Part shown: positions 56,098 through 64,000 of the stretch, piece by piece
Layout: every line of letters starts with the position of its first letter
Position numbering within the stretch: position 1 is the first letter of the stretch
Origin: Leptospirillum sp.
GTDB taxonomy: Bacteria > Nitrospirota > Leptospirillia > Leptospirillales > Leptospirillaceae
Length of the DNA: 64,000 nt
Reading direction: 5' to 3'
NCBI GenBank assembly: GCA_027315205.1
Contig: DAHUYM010000005.1
Span: forward strand, 7,638-71,637
The notes under the pieces: generated by a model
Database searches by the model: none
Seen by the model: only the letters and a program-made list of their open reading frames with translations
Told to the model about the DNA's origin: nothing
Translations under genes and position numbers: made by a program

Positions 56098-58781
56098 TTG
56101 TCAAGAGGAGGTCGGAGGGTGCGGCGGTTCTCAAGGTAAAGACGGTGGAAGTGGTCCGATTCCAACGGACGGCTGACCAGGAAACCCTGGGCCCGATCGC
56201 ATCCAATTCCAGTCAGGAATTCCCATTGTTCCTGGGTTTCCACGCCTTCGGCGCAGACTTTCCTGCCCAGACTGTGGACGAGATGAGTGATCGCGCGGGT
56301 AATGGCCGCGTCCTCGGTATTCTCGGTTACTTCGCCGACAAAGCTCTTGTCGATCTTGATGATGTCCGCAGGAAACCGTTTCAGGTAGTTCAAGGACGAA
56401 TATCCGGTCCCGAAATCGTCGATCGCGATCGAGACACCCCTTTCCTTGATCCGGCGGAGTAACTCGATCACCGAATCCGCCTGCTGCATCAAGGCGTTTT
56501 CCGTCAGTTCCAGAATCAGGTGCCGGGGGTTGGCTCCGGTTTCCCGAAGACAATGGTCGAGCCTTCCGAAAAAATCGGGCTCCTTGATCTGTCGGGGAGA
56601 GACATTCACCGTGATCCAGAACGAGGCGTCAATGTCCCGTTCCCACACGACCGTTTGCTCCAGAGCGGTCTTCAGGACCCACTCCCCGATCGGAACGATC
56701 ATTCCCGTTTCCTCAGCCAGGGGAATGAACCGGTCGGGACCCACCAGACCGAAATCGGGCGATTGCCATCGGACCAGCGCCTCCATCCCTACGATTTCCC
56801 GTTCCGGAACGGAAACGATCGGTTGATAGAAAACACGGAACTCAGAACGCTCCAGGGCTCCCCTGAGACGTGTCTCGAGTTTCAGGCGATCCCGGGCCAG
56901 GGCATTCACCGTCCCCTGATAAAAACAGTACCGGTTCCCCCCTTTTTCCTTGGCGATATACAAGGCGGAATCCGCGTTCTTCAGGAGGGTCCCCTTGTCC
57001 CGGCCGTCCGTCGGTGCGAAGCTGACCCCGATACTCGGGGTGACGACGATGTCTCCGTCCGGTAGGGGAAAAGGGTGCGAAAGAGAGCGGATAAGTTCAT
57101 CCAGCCTTTCCTGCAAGGCTTCCGGGGGAAAAGGTCCCTCGAGCAGGATGGCGAACTCGTCGCCGCCCATACGGGCGACGGTGTCCTCGGGCCTGAACCA
57201 GGATTTGAGGCGTTTCCCGACCATGATGAGGATCTGGTCTCCCACGATCGGACCATATGTATCGTTGACCGTCTTGAAACGGTCGAGGTCGATCAGGAAA
57301 AGGGCCAGGTTCCCCCCGCCGTCCTCTTCGCCAAGACCCCTATCAAGGTGCTCATACAAGGTCGACCGGTTCAAGAGTCCGGTCAGGGCATCCTGGGTTT
57401 TTCGGCGCTCGAGTTCGATCGCGATGTCCAGGGCCCCTTCGGCAACAAGGAAAACGAGGCGAATCTTCGAGTCTTTTTCCGTCATACCGTTCCAGTGGGA
57501 GACCCAATAAACCGGAAGGGTCTTCCCGTCCGCTCCGGGAAAAAATAGGGGTCCGCCGGACTCCTGCGCCGATGCCGTGAATCGGGAGAGAAGCGTCGAG
57601 ACCTCGATTCCGGACTGAAGGACACCTCTCCGGAACGCCTCGGGATCCGTGGTCCCCGCCCCGAACATTCCTTCGGCTCCCGGGCCGTCGAACGAGAGAA
57701 GCGTTCCGTCTGTCCCGAGTTCGATAAAGACCGTTTCGTATTCCGGGAGGGACCAGGTTTTCTCGTTTCCTGTCGTCTCCGGGATAGCGGTGCGCGTCTC
57801 CCCTCCCGTCCGTACATCGGAACGCTTGCGCACTTTCTTGGCACGATACATGTCCCGGTCGGCTGCGTGTACGAGCCCTTCGGGTTCCGACGAATCCTCC
57901 GGCCAGAGGGAGGTCCCGACGGATGCGCCGACCGGTATCGCGTTTCCCTTATAACGGAAAGGAGCACCGAATATGCGCTCGAGGATTGCTTTGCGGTCGG
58001 ACAAGTCCTGCCGGCCCGGAATTCCCGGAAGAATGAGGGCGAACTCGTCCCCTCCCAACCGGGCACCGGTCTCGCCCGGTCCGAGAAGGCTCGAAAGTCG
58101 CCGGGAGATATCGATCAAAAGGGCGTCCCCCGCACCGTGCCCCCAGCTGTCGTTGATGAACTTGAAACGGTCGAGGTCGACATAGAGGAGGCCCACTTTC
58201 TCGCTGCGGACCTTCCCGGCCTGGACCGCTTCTTCCAGTGCCCGGTAAAAATGGGCTCTGTTGGAAAGCCCTGTCAAGGGATCGTGGTTGGCCCTGTGGT
58301 AGAGGAGAGCTTCTTCCCGCCGGGCCAGCTCCCTCATCCAGGCATGGACCGTCCCAAGGCCCAGATACCGTCCTCCTTCCGTCACGAGGAAACAGTCGTT
58401 ATCCCTTTTAAGTCCCCTTTCCAGGAAACACCGTGTCAGGTCGTCCACCGTCAGCCGGGCATCCACGATCAGGGGATCGGCGTTCATGAACTGCCCCACG
58501 GGTTTCCTGGAAAAAAGGTCGTGAGAGTACCGGAAGGAAAACTTCTCGATCAGGGCATGGCGCGATATCAGTCCGACCGGCTTGTAGTCGTCGACGACGG
58601 GGATCCAGAACCAGTCCGCATGCGCGAGGAAAAGCCGATAGACCCGCTCCGCCGCGTATCCGGAGGTCACCGAGAAAGAAAACTGGATGAATTCTTTGGC
58701 CGAAACGTCCATCCCGCCGGACGCGGGATCCGGAAGATTTGCGATGAACTGCATTCCGGACTCGTCGGTGAGATCCATCAT
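56085..58781 (-). CDS. CBS-pair / GGDEF / PAS-like / GGDEF / EAL multidomain c-di-GMP turnover protein
   Basis: 898 aa. Two diguanylate-cyclase cores (RLGGDEFALIL and RMGGDEFAILL), each preceded by D.LTGL.NR. EAL domain MEALVRW...ELTE...DDFGTGYSSL...KIDKSF. The N-terminus is CBS-like. Confidence 0.9.
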   Translation of the reverse strand: MMDLTDESGMQFIANLPDPASGGMDVSAKEFIQFSFSVTSGYAAERVYRLFLAHADWFWIPVVDDYKPVGLISRHALIEKFSFRYSHDLFSRKPVGQFMNADPLIVDARLTVDDLTRCFLERGLKRDNDCFLVTEGGRYLGLGTVHAWMRELARREEALLYHRANHDPLTGLSNRAHFYRALEEAVQAGKVRSEKVGLLYVDLDRFKFINDSWGHGAGDALLIDISRRLSSLLGPGETGARLGGDEFALILPGIPGRQDLSDRKAILERIFGAPFRYKGNAIPVGASVGTSLWPEDSSEPEGLVHAADRDMYRAKKVRKRSDVRTGGETRTAIPETTGNEKTWSLPEYETVFIELGTDGTLLSFDGPGAEGMFGAGTTDPEAFRRGVLQSGIEVSTLLSRFTASAQESGGPLFFPGADGKTLPVYWVSHWNGMTEKDSKIRLVFLVAEGALDIAIELERRKTQDALTGLLNRSTLYEHLDRGLGEEDGGGNLALFLIDLDRFKTVNDTYGPIVGDQILIMVGKRLKSWFRPEDTVARMGGDEFAILLEGPFPPEALQERLDELIRSLSHPFPLPDGDIVVTPSIGVSFAPTDGRDKGTLLKNADSALYIAKEKGGNRYCFYQGTVNALARDRLKLETRLRGALERSEFRVFYQPIVSVPEREIVGMEALVRWQSPDFGLVGPDRFIPLAEETGMIVPIGEWVLKTALEQTVVWERDIDASFWITVNVSPRQIKEPDFFGRLDHCLRETGANPRHLILELTENALMQQADSVIELLRRIKERGVSIAIDDFGTGYSSLNYLKRFPADIIKIDKSFVGEVTENTEDAAITRAITHLVHSLGRKVCAEGVETQEQWEFLTGIGCDRAQGFLVSRPLESDHFHRLYLENRRTLRPPLDNSPS

Positions 58782-58986
58782 GATGCGCCACGCCCTCCTG
58801 TCCGGGTTTCCGGTCCGATCCCGCTCCCATAACCGCTATTTCCCCAAGAGGGCCACTATCGGCGAACCCGGTCACGGGAACATCAAATCCTTGTCAAAAT
58901 TGAAAAACGAAACCCGGAAATCGGGATCGGATGGCCTGGGCTTCTTTTGGATGTCCGCCGTCCTGTGGTCGGATTCCCCGGCGGCC

Positions 58987-59172
58987 ATGGACATTTGGGA
59001 TGTTTGGAGATGCGGGGAGGAGCGTCCCGTGAAGAAGAACCGGATCGATCCGGAGCATTCCGTCCGATTCGCCCGCGAATGGATTCTGGCCTGGAACAGA
59101 CACGAACTGGAAAGGATTCTCGAGCGCTACGACAACTCGGTCGAGTTCACCTCTCCAACCTTGCCGGGGTGA
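58987..59172 (+). pseudogene. Possible truncated NTF2/SnoaL-like gene fragment
   Basis: The 61-aa tail of listed ORF 58687..59172 reads ...VRFAREWILAWNRHELERILERYDNSVEFTSP. It resembles the first helix and strand of SnoaL-like proteins and then stops. I could not follow the remainder of the fold in any frame. Confidence 0.25.
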
Positions 59173-59319
59173 ACTGTGTGACGCGGGTCTACCGGAGCAT
59201 AAATGGGTTGATCGCGGCGGAGACGATGAGCTTCGGACCTTCAGGATTGATCATCAATGTCACCGTGGCCTACTCCCTTTGACGGTGAACCCGGAACAGG
59301 TCAGTCTCTACAGTCAGTC

Positions 59320-59347
59320 TTGCTTTCTTTTGCGAGATGTCTAAAAT
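59320..59347 (+). promoter_or_regulatory. Candidate sigma70 promoter (TTGCTT - 16 nt - TAAAAT)
   Basis: Hexamers read directly. They would give a ~75-80 nt leader before ATG 59432. Confidence 0.35.
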
Positions 59348-59431
59348 AGATGTGACTGTCCTTATAACATGTCTGGCAGATCGAACGGGCAATAACCCGA
59401 ACGGCAACGCGCTTGAAAAGAGAGGTGTCGC

Positions 59432-59524
59432 ATGTTCTCAGACCTGCATTGGGTGATTTCCTTGATTCTTGGCCTCGTCGTAGCCACAACACTGATTGTC
59501 GCCAACAAGATCAAGGAACACTAG
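59432..59524 (+). CDS. 30-aa hydrophobic micro-protein (single TM)
   Basis: Below the ORF-track cutoff. AGAGAGG RBS-like motif, then ATG. MFSDLHWVISLILGLVVATTLIVANKIKEH*. Flanked by the candidate promoter upstream and the terminator downstream. Confidence 0.4.
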   Translation: MFSDLHWVISLILGLVVATTLIVANKIKEH

Positions 59525-59595
59525 GTTTCGGCATCATCGGTTCGCATTACCCGGACTCCATTATTCGTTTTTTACCCTGTCGTCATGCGATCTTT

Positions 59596-59636
59596 ATTTT
59601 GAGTCGGGCTCTGTCGGTTCGGACCGTCAGGGCCCG
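59596..59636 (+). terminator. Intrinsic terminator candidate
   Basis: gggctctgtcgg-ttcgga-ccgtcagggccc forms a 12-position stem with 10 Watson-Crick pairs, one GU and one mismatch. It is followed by gttttctttcc. Confidence 0.55.
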
Positions 59637-59692
59637 TTTTCTTTCCGCGGCGCATTCCAACGTTCAAGATAAATCTATGACGAGAGTCGAGC

Positions 59693-60349
59693 GTGACCGA
59701 ACCCTATTCCGGTTGCCTGATCACCTTTGAGGGCATCGACGGTTCCGGGAAAACGACCCAGATCCGCCGCCTTGACAAGGAACTGACCCGGGAAGGCCTG
59801 AAGCCCGTCCTCTCTCGCGAACCCGGAGGAACGCCCTTGGGCGCGTCGGTCCGGGAGCTCCTTCTCGCGCAGGATCCACCCATCTCGCCGCTCTCCGAGC
59901 TTTTTCTCTTCCTCGCCGACAGGGCCCAGCACATCGAACAGGTCATCCGGCCGGCTCTCCAGTCCGGGCGCATTGTGCTGGTCGACCGTTTTACCGACGC
60001 GACCGTCGCCTATCAGGGGTTCGGCATGGGACATCCCCTCTCGCTTCTCGACACGCTCAACCGAACCGTGCTCGGACGGATCCGTCCCGCAAAGACATTT
60101 CTGTTCGACCTTCCTTTCGAGGCCGCAAAGGAACGCGTGCATCGCCGCCCGGGATCGGAAACGCGAATCGAAAAGCGAGGCGAGGCGTTTTTTGAAAAAG
60201 TCCGGCGGGGATATCTGGAACTCGCTATAAAAGAACCGGAACGGTTCGTCGTATTGGATGCGACGCTTTCGGAAGAGGAACTGGCCATCCGGATTCTCAT
60301 GGAACTCCGGCCGCATCTTCCCGACGGATCCGGAAAACGGAAGTCTTGA
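59693..60349 (+). CDS. tmk: Thymidylate kinase
   Basis: ITFEGIDGSGKTTQ (P-loop), REPGGT, and DRF..ATVAYQG. Confidence 0.9.
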   Translation: MTEPYSGCLITFEGIDGSGKTTQIRRLDKELTREGLKPVLSREPGGTPLGASVRELLLAQDPPISPLSELFLFLADRAQHIEQVIRPALQSGRIVLVDRFTDATVAYQGFGMGHPLSLLDTLNRTVLGRIRPAKTFLFDLPFEAAKERVHRRPGSETRIEKRGEAFFEKVRRGYLELAIKEPERFVVLDATLSEEELAIRILMELRPHLPDGSGKRKS

Positions 60350-60350
60350 G

Positions 60351-61367
60351 ATGACAACTCCGGAACATTCCGCCACCCTGGGCCACGAACCCATCCGGGA
60401 CCGCCTTTCCCGTGTCGGCAAGTCTCGCCTTCTTCCCAGCACCTACCTGTTCTGTGGGCCGGACGGGGTCGGGAAACGAAGGGTGTCCCTGGAATGGGGC
60501 CGCTCCCTCCTCTGCACCGGGGATCCCGAAGACACCCACGACCCGTGTCCCTCGTGCCGCCACTTCGAAACGTCCGGACACGCTTCCCATCCGGACATCT
60601 CGATTTTGAAACCGGATTCCGAAGGCGAACCGATACGGATCGACGCGGCGCGCGAGTTCCTCTCTTCCCTTTCCTCGCCGTCCCTCATCGGAAGAAGGCG
60701 CCTGGGCCTGATCGACGACGCCCACCGGCTGACGACAGAGGCCTCAAACGCCCTGCTGAAAACCCTGGAAGATCCTCCCGAAAATACGATCCTGATCCTC
60801 CTGACCCACATTCCTGATGCCCTTATTCCGACGATACGGTCGCGCTGCCTCTCCATCCGCTTCAATCCCGTTCCTCACGAGAAACTCCTCCCGCTCCTCG
60901 ACCGTCTCGTCCCAGGCCTGTCCCAGGCTCATAGGAACGCCCTCCTCTTCCTGAGCCGCGGCGCCCCGGGAAAGATTTCCCAGGCGATCGAATCGGGAGA
61001 ACGGGAGCTCCTGTTAAGGATCCTTGACCTTCTCTGCGCTCCCCCGGACGGATTCCCGTTCGACGCCGAGATCCTTCAGGCCCTCTCCACCCCGGAAGGA
61101 TTTACCCTTTTCATCGACACCCTGGAATCAATGCTCCTCGCGCTCTACCGACGCGACGCCGGCCTTCCCTGCGATCCTCTCTTCGAAGGATCCCGATCGC
61201 GACTCGACGACCTGTCCTCGCTTCCCCCTTTGAAGAGGGAAGGGTTTCATGATAGAGTTCAACATCTCAGAACGCTTCAGGTCTACAACATCAACAGGGG
61301 TCTCGCCATCGAAGAGCTGCTCTGGGACTGGAGAGACACCCTCACCTCACTCAAGACCCGGCCATGA
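60351..61367 (+). CDS. holB: DNA polymerase III delta' subunit
   Basis: Trimmed to ATG 60351. ...YLFCGPDGVGKR..., Zn-module-like CPSCRHF, ...ALLKTLEDPPENT..., and SRC sensor (IRSRCLSIRF). Confidence 0.85.
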   Translation: MTTPEHSATLGHEPIRDRLSRVGKSRLLPSTYLFCGPDGVGKRRVSLEWGRSLLCTGDPEDTHDPCPSCRHFETSGHASHPDISILKPDSEGEPIRIDAAREFLSSLSSPSLIGRRRLGLIDDAHRLTTEASNALLKTLEDPPENTILILLTHIPDALIPTIRSRCLSIRFNPVPHEKLLPLLDRLVPGLSQAHRNALLFLSRGAPGKISQAIESGERELLLRILDLLCAPPDGFPFDAEILQALSTPEGFTLFIDTLESMLLALYRRDAGLPCDPLFEGSRSRLDDLSSLPPLKREGFHDRVQHLRTLQVYNINRGLAIEELLWDWRDTLTSLKTRP

Positions 61368-62161
61368 AACCTCGGAATCCCGCAGACCCTAATTCCCCGA
61401 GTCCCGCTTCCGGAAATGCCCCGCAAGGGGGATTCTGGGTCCTTACGGCACAGATCAAGAACCTTGGCCCCAACAGGACGCTATGGGCACCCCTGACGGA
61501 AGACAGCGTTTTCCGACTTGGAGACCGGATCCTGGCCGAATCGGAAATCGGTCCGATCCCGATGGCGCTCGTCGAATCCCCTCGCGTCCATGGAGAAGAG
61601 GATCCCGTCGCGCGCCCGGCCCACCGGTTCATCCGCTTTCTGGAGGCCCCCGACACGGCGAAGGTCGTCTCTCTCCGGGCACGCGAGAGCTCTCTCCTGA
61701 TCTTCGTCAAGGAGCGCTCCACCGCTCGGAACCTGGGGATGCAGATCATCGACGTGACCGGCAACCTTTCCGCCACCGAATTCGTGATCTATTACACGGC
61801 GGAAGGGAGAGTCGATTTCCGGGAACTGGTGAAGGACATCCACGCACATTTCCGGGGACGCCACGAACTCCGACAGCTCAGCCCCAGGGAGCAGGCCGGC
61901 CTTCTCGACGGACTCGGTCCCTGCGGCCGGCCGCTCTGCTGCTCGACCTTCCTGAAAGAGTTCAAGTCGATCACCACCAGGCAGGCCCGGGACTACGATC
62001 CCGACATGAATCCGATGAAGACCACGGGCATGTGCGGAAGGCTCAAATGCTGCCTCTCGTATGAAAAGACCATGGAGAAGAAGTCGGAATGGGTCCCTGT
62101 GGACAACGATCCCCGCGGAATCGAACCGACGAACCTCGTCCCGCTCGTGACGACCGCCTGA
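61364..62161 (+). CDS. PSP1-domain protein (RicT/YaaT-like)
   Basis: ...FVIYYTAEGRVDFRELVKDI...CGRPLCCSTFL...TGMCGRLKCCLSYE. ATGA overlap with holB. This is the canonical tmk-holB-PSP1 neighbourhood. Confidence 0.8.
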   Translation: MKPRNPADPNSPSPASGNAPQGGFWVLTAQIKNLGPNRTLWAPLTEDSVFRLGDRILAESEIGPIPMALVESPRVHGEEDPVARPAHRFIRFLEAPDTAKVVSLRARESSLLIFVKERSTARNLGMQIIDVTGNLSATEFVIYYTAEGRVDFRELVKDIHAHFRGRHELRQLSPREQAGLLDGLGPCGRPLCCSTFLKEFKSITTRQARDYDPDMNPMKTTGMCGRLKCCLSYEKTMEKKSEWVPVDNDPRGIEPTNLVPLVTTA

Positions 62162-62212
62162 CCTCTTCCGGACCCGATTTTCAGACTCCCTCAAGAAAGG
62201 GAACAAAACGAC

Positions 62213-64000
62213 GTGAAGACATCTCCGACACCCGAGTGGTTTTATCTCACGACCCCCATCTATTATGTCAACGACATCCCGCATATCGGCCATGCCTATA
62301 CGACCATCGCCTGCGATGTCGTCGCCCGGACCCGGAGGATGGAAGGGAAACCGGTCTTTTTCCTGACCGGAACCGACGAACACGGTCAGAAGGTCTGGCA
62401 GTCGGCACAGCGCCTTAACCTTTCACCCCAGGTCTACGTGGACCGGATCATGCCCCGCTTCAGGGACCTCTGGAAGACTCTCTGGATCTCGAACGACGAT
62501 TTCGTCCGGACCACCGAGCGCCGCCACGTGGAAGGAGTCCAGTCCACCCTGACCGCATTGTGGGAAAAGGGGGAAATCTACGAAGGGCCCTACGAAGGCT
62601 GGTACTGCACCCATGACGAACGGTTCTGGACGGAGAAGGACGTTCCCGGCGGCGTCTGCCCCGACTGCGGGCGTCCTGTCGAGCACGTCAGCGAGACGAA
62701 CTATTTCTTCCGGATGAGCCGGTACCAGGAATGGCTTATCGACTGGTACCGGTCCCACCCCGAGGCGATACGCCCGGAAAGCCGGTACAACGAGATCATG
62801 GGGTTTCTCGAAAAACCCCTGGGGGACCTCTGCATATCGAGGCCCGTTTCCCGAATGCCCTGGGGAATCCCGATCCCGTTCGCGAAAGAGTACGTGACCT
62901 ATGTCTGGTTCGACGCCCTGCTGAACTACATAACGGTTCCCAGGTCCGGACCCGGGGGGGAGGAGAGACTGAACCTTCTCTGGCCCGGAAACCACGTGAT
63001 CGGCAAAGATATCCTGACGACCCACGCCGTGTATTGGCCGACCATTCTGAAGGCGCTCGACCTCCTTCCTCCCTCCCTCATCTTCGCCCATGGGTGGTGG
63101 ACCGTCGACGGGGAGAAAATGTCGAAAAGCCGGGGGAACGCCGTCGATCCGGTCGTGTACGCGGAGAAGTTCGGGCCCGACATCCTCCGGTATTTCCTGA
63201 TGCGCGAAGGCCAATTCGGGCACGACGCGGACTTTTCGGACGCCGCCCTGATCCAGCGGATCAACGCCGATCTCGCCAACGATCTGGGAAATCTCGTTTC
63301 CCGTGTCGTGGCGATGGTCCAGCGCTATTTTCCGGACGGTCCGTTCAGAAAATCCCAGGGGCACCGCACGCCTCCAGAGCTTACCCAGGCCGCCGAAACG
63401 GAGCTCTCCGAGATTCCGAAACTGACCGCACGGTTCGAATTCCACAAGGCTCTTTCCGTCCTCTGGAATTTCATCGGACTCCTGAACCGGTACGTCGACT
63501 CCAAGGCCCCGTGGGTCATGGCAAAGGATCCCTCGAAAACGGAGGAACTGAACGGAGTATTGTCCGATCTCCTCGAAGGGATCCGGCTCACCTCCGTGTA
63601 CCTGGCTCCCTTCATGCCTCAGACGGCCATCCGGATCTTCGACACCCTCAAGACGGATGAGGCGCTTTCGTCCCTCTCCTACGCCAGGGACGGCGTCTGG
63701 GGGGGACTTCCGGAGTCCCTGACGCTCGACGATCCGGTCGTTTCCCTGTTCGAAAAACGCAACCCGGACGGATCCCTCCAAAAAGAGGCCCGGCCCGAGA
63801 AACCCGAAAAAAAGGAACGGATTCCGGTCAAGGGCACTCCCGGAACCGCTTCCGAAGCGATGGACGAAGCACCGCCCGGACCCGAAGCCGTCCCGCCGGG
63901 CAAGCCTCCGATCGATATCGAAACGTTCCAGAAGATCGACCTCACTCCGGGGACGATCCTCGAGGCGGCACCGGTCCCGAAATCCAAGAAGCTGCTCAGG
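62213..64000 (+). CDS. metG: Methionyl-tRNA synthetase, 596 codons; 3' end runs off the right edge
   Basis: Not in the ORF track because it is edge-truncated. Manual translation from GTG 62213 gives VKTSPTPEWFYLTTPIYYVNDIPHIGHAYTTIACDVVAR... (HIGH). CPDCGRPV knuckle, GEKMSKSRGN (KMSKS), then a Lys/Pro-rich linker and the start of a C-terminal tRNA-binding domain (...KIDLTPGTILEAAPVPKSKKLLR). The frame is open to 64000. Confidence 0.9.
   Translation, partial: MKTSPTPEWFYLTTPIYYVNDIPHIGHAYTTIACDVVARTRRMEGKPVFFLTGTDEHGQKVWQSAQRLNLSPQVYVDRIMPRFRDLWKTLWISNDDFVRTTERRHVEGVQSTLTALWEKGEIYEGPYEGWYCTHDERFWTEKDVPGGVCPDCGRPVEHVSETNYFFRMSRYQEWLIDWYRSHPEAIRPESRYNEIMGFLEKPLGDLCISRPVSRMPWGIPIPFAKEYVTYVWFDALLNYITVPRSGPGGEERLNLLWPGNHVIGKDILTTHAVYWPTILKALDLLPPSLIFAHGWWTVDGEKMSKSRGNAVDPVVYAEKFGPDILRYFLMREGQFGHDADFSDAALIQRINADLANDLGNLVSRVVAMVQRYFPDGPFRKSQGHRTPPELTQAAETELSEIPKLTARFEFHKALSVLWNFIGLLNRYVDSKAPWVMAKDPSKTEELNGVLSDLLEGIRLTSVYLAPFMPQTAIRIFDTLKTDEALSSLSYARDGVWGGLPESLTLDDPVVSLFEKRNPDGSLQKEARPEKPEKKERIPVKGTPGTASEAMDEAPPGPEAVPPGKPPIDIETFQKIDLTPGTILEAAPVPKSKKLLR

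Noticed and set aside
62423-63781. 452-aa minus-strand ORF, plus the overlapping 309-aa plus-strand ORF (62731..63660).
   Set aside because: Both overlap the metG frame, which carries the HIGH and KMSKS motifs and is open from 62213 to the window edge.

Overview
This 64-kb window is a densely packed, high-GC bacterial chromosome segment. I support about 70 protein-coding genes. Many are chained by 4-nt ATGA/GTGA start/stop overlaps. I recognised no rRNA, tRNA, CRISPR array, transposase or integrase. All calls rest on reading the supplied translations and on my own manual translation; no database search was run, so family names are motif-based recognitions. Composition and gene content resemble a chemolithotroph of the Leptospirillum/Nitrospirota type, but I cannot verify that.

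Main content, left to right:
- A minus-strand aprA-aprB-sat sulfate-activation unit. sat is edge-truncated and missing from the ORF track.
- A CNNM/CorC transporter, followed by two membrane proteins.
- An extended isc Fe-S operon: iscR-S-U-A, hscB-A, fdx, iscX, an orphan ORF, then apbC.
- rmuC and truA.
- A lower-GC vapBC cassette with a 40-bp palindromic operator and flanking repeats.
- An ArsR-SRPBCC pair, a DUF971 gene, gpsA, a phosphoribosyltransferase and serS.
- A six-gene translationally coupled operon built around a long-form HflX.
- Tandem TreS paralogs, the first of which has lost its catalytic residues.
- DUF5069, an M16 peptidase pair, and an unlisted 29-aa bS22-like micro-ORF.
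- A second ArsR-SRPBCC-SRPBCC operon.
- A visibly lower-GC islet with an ECF41-type sigma factor, a YCII gene, an AhpD/CMD gene and an Rrf2 pseudogene.
- A long minus-strand string: PD40 propeller, uvrD, gatC, panD, gatA, gatB, a secreted protein, a NapC/NrfH-type tetraheme cytochrome c, eno, ftsB.
- DUF502-glmU-glmS, and an outer-membrane beta-barrel candidate.
- A marR-doxX-OYE operon.
- A CBS-GGDEF-GGDEF-EAL protein.
- A small hydrophobic ORF with its own promoter and terminator.
- tmk, holB, a PSP1/ricT gene, and an edge-truncated metG that is also missing from the track.

The best candidates for something undescribed are the HflX-centred operon, the pseudo-TreS/TreS pair, and the cytochrome/secreted-protein pair wedged between gatB and eno.
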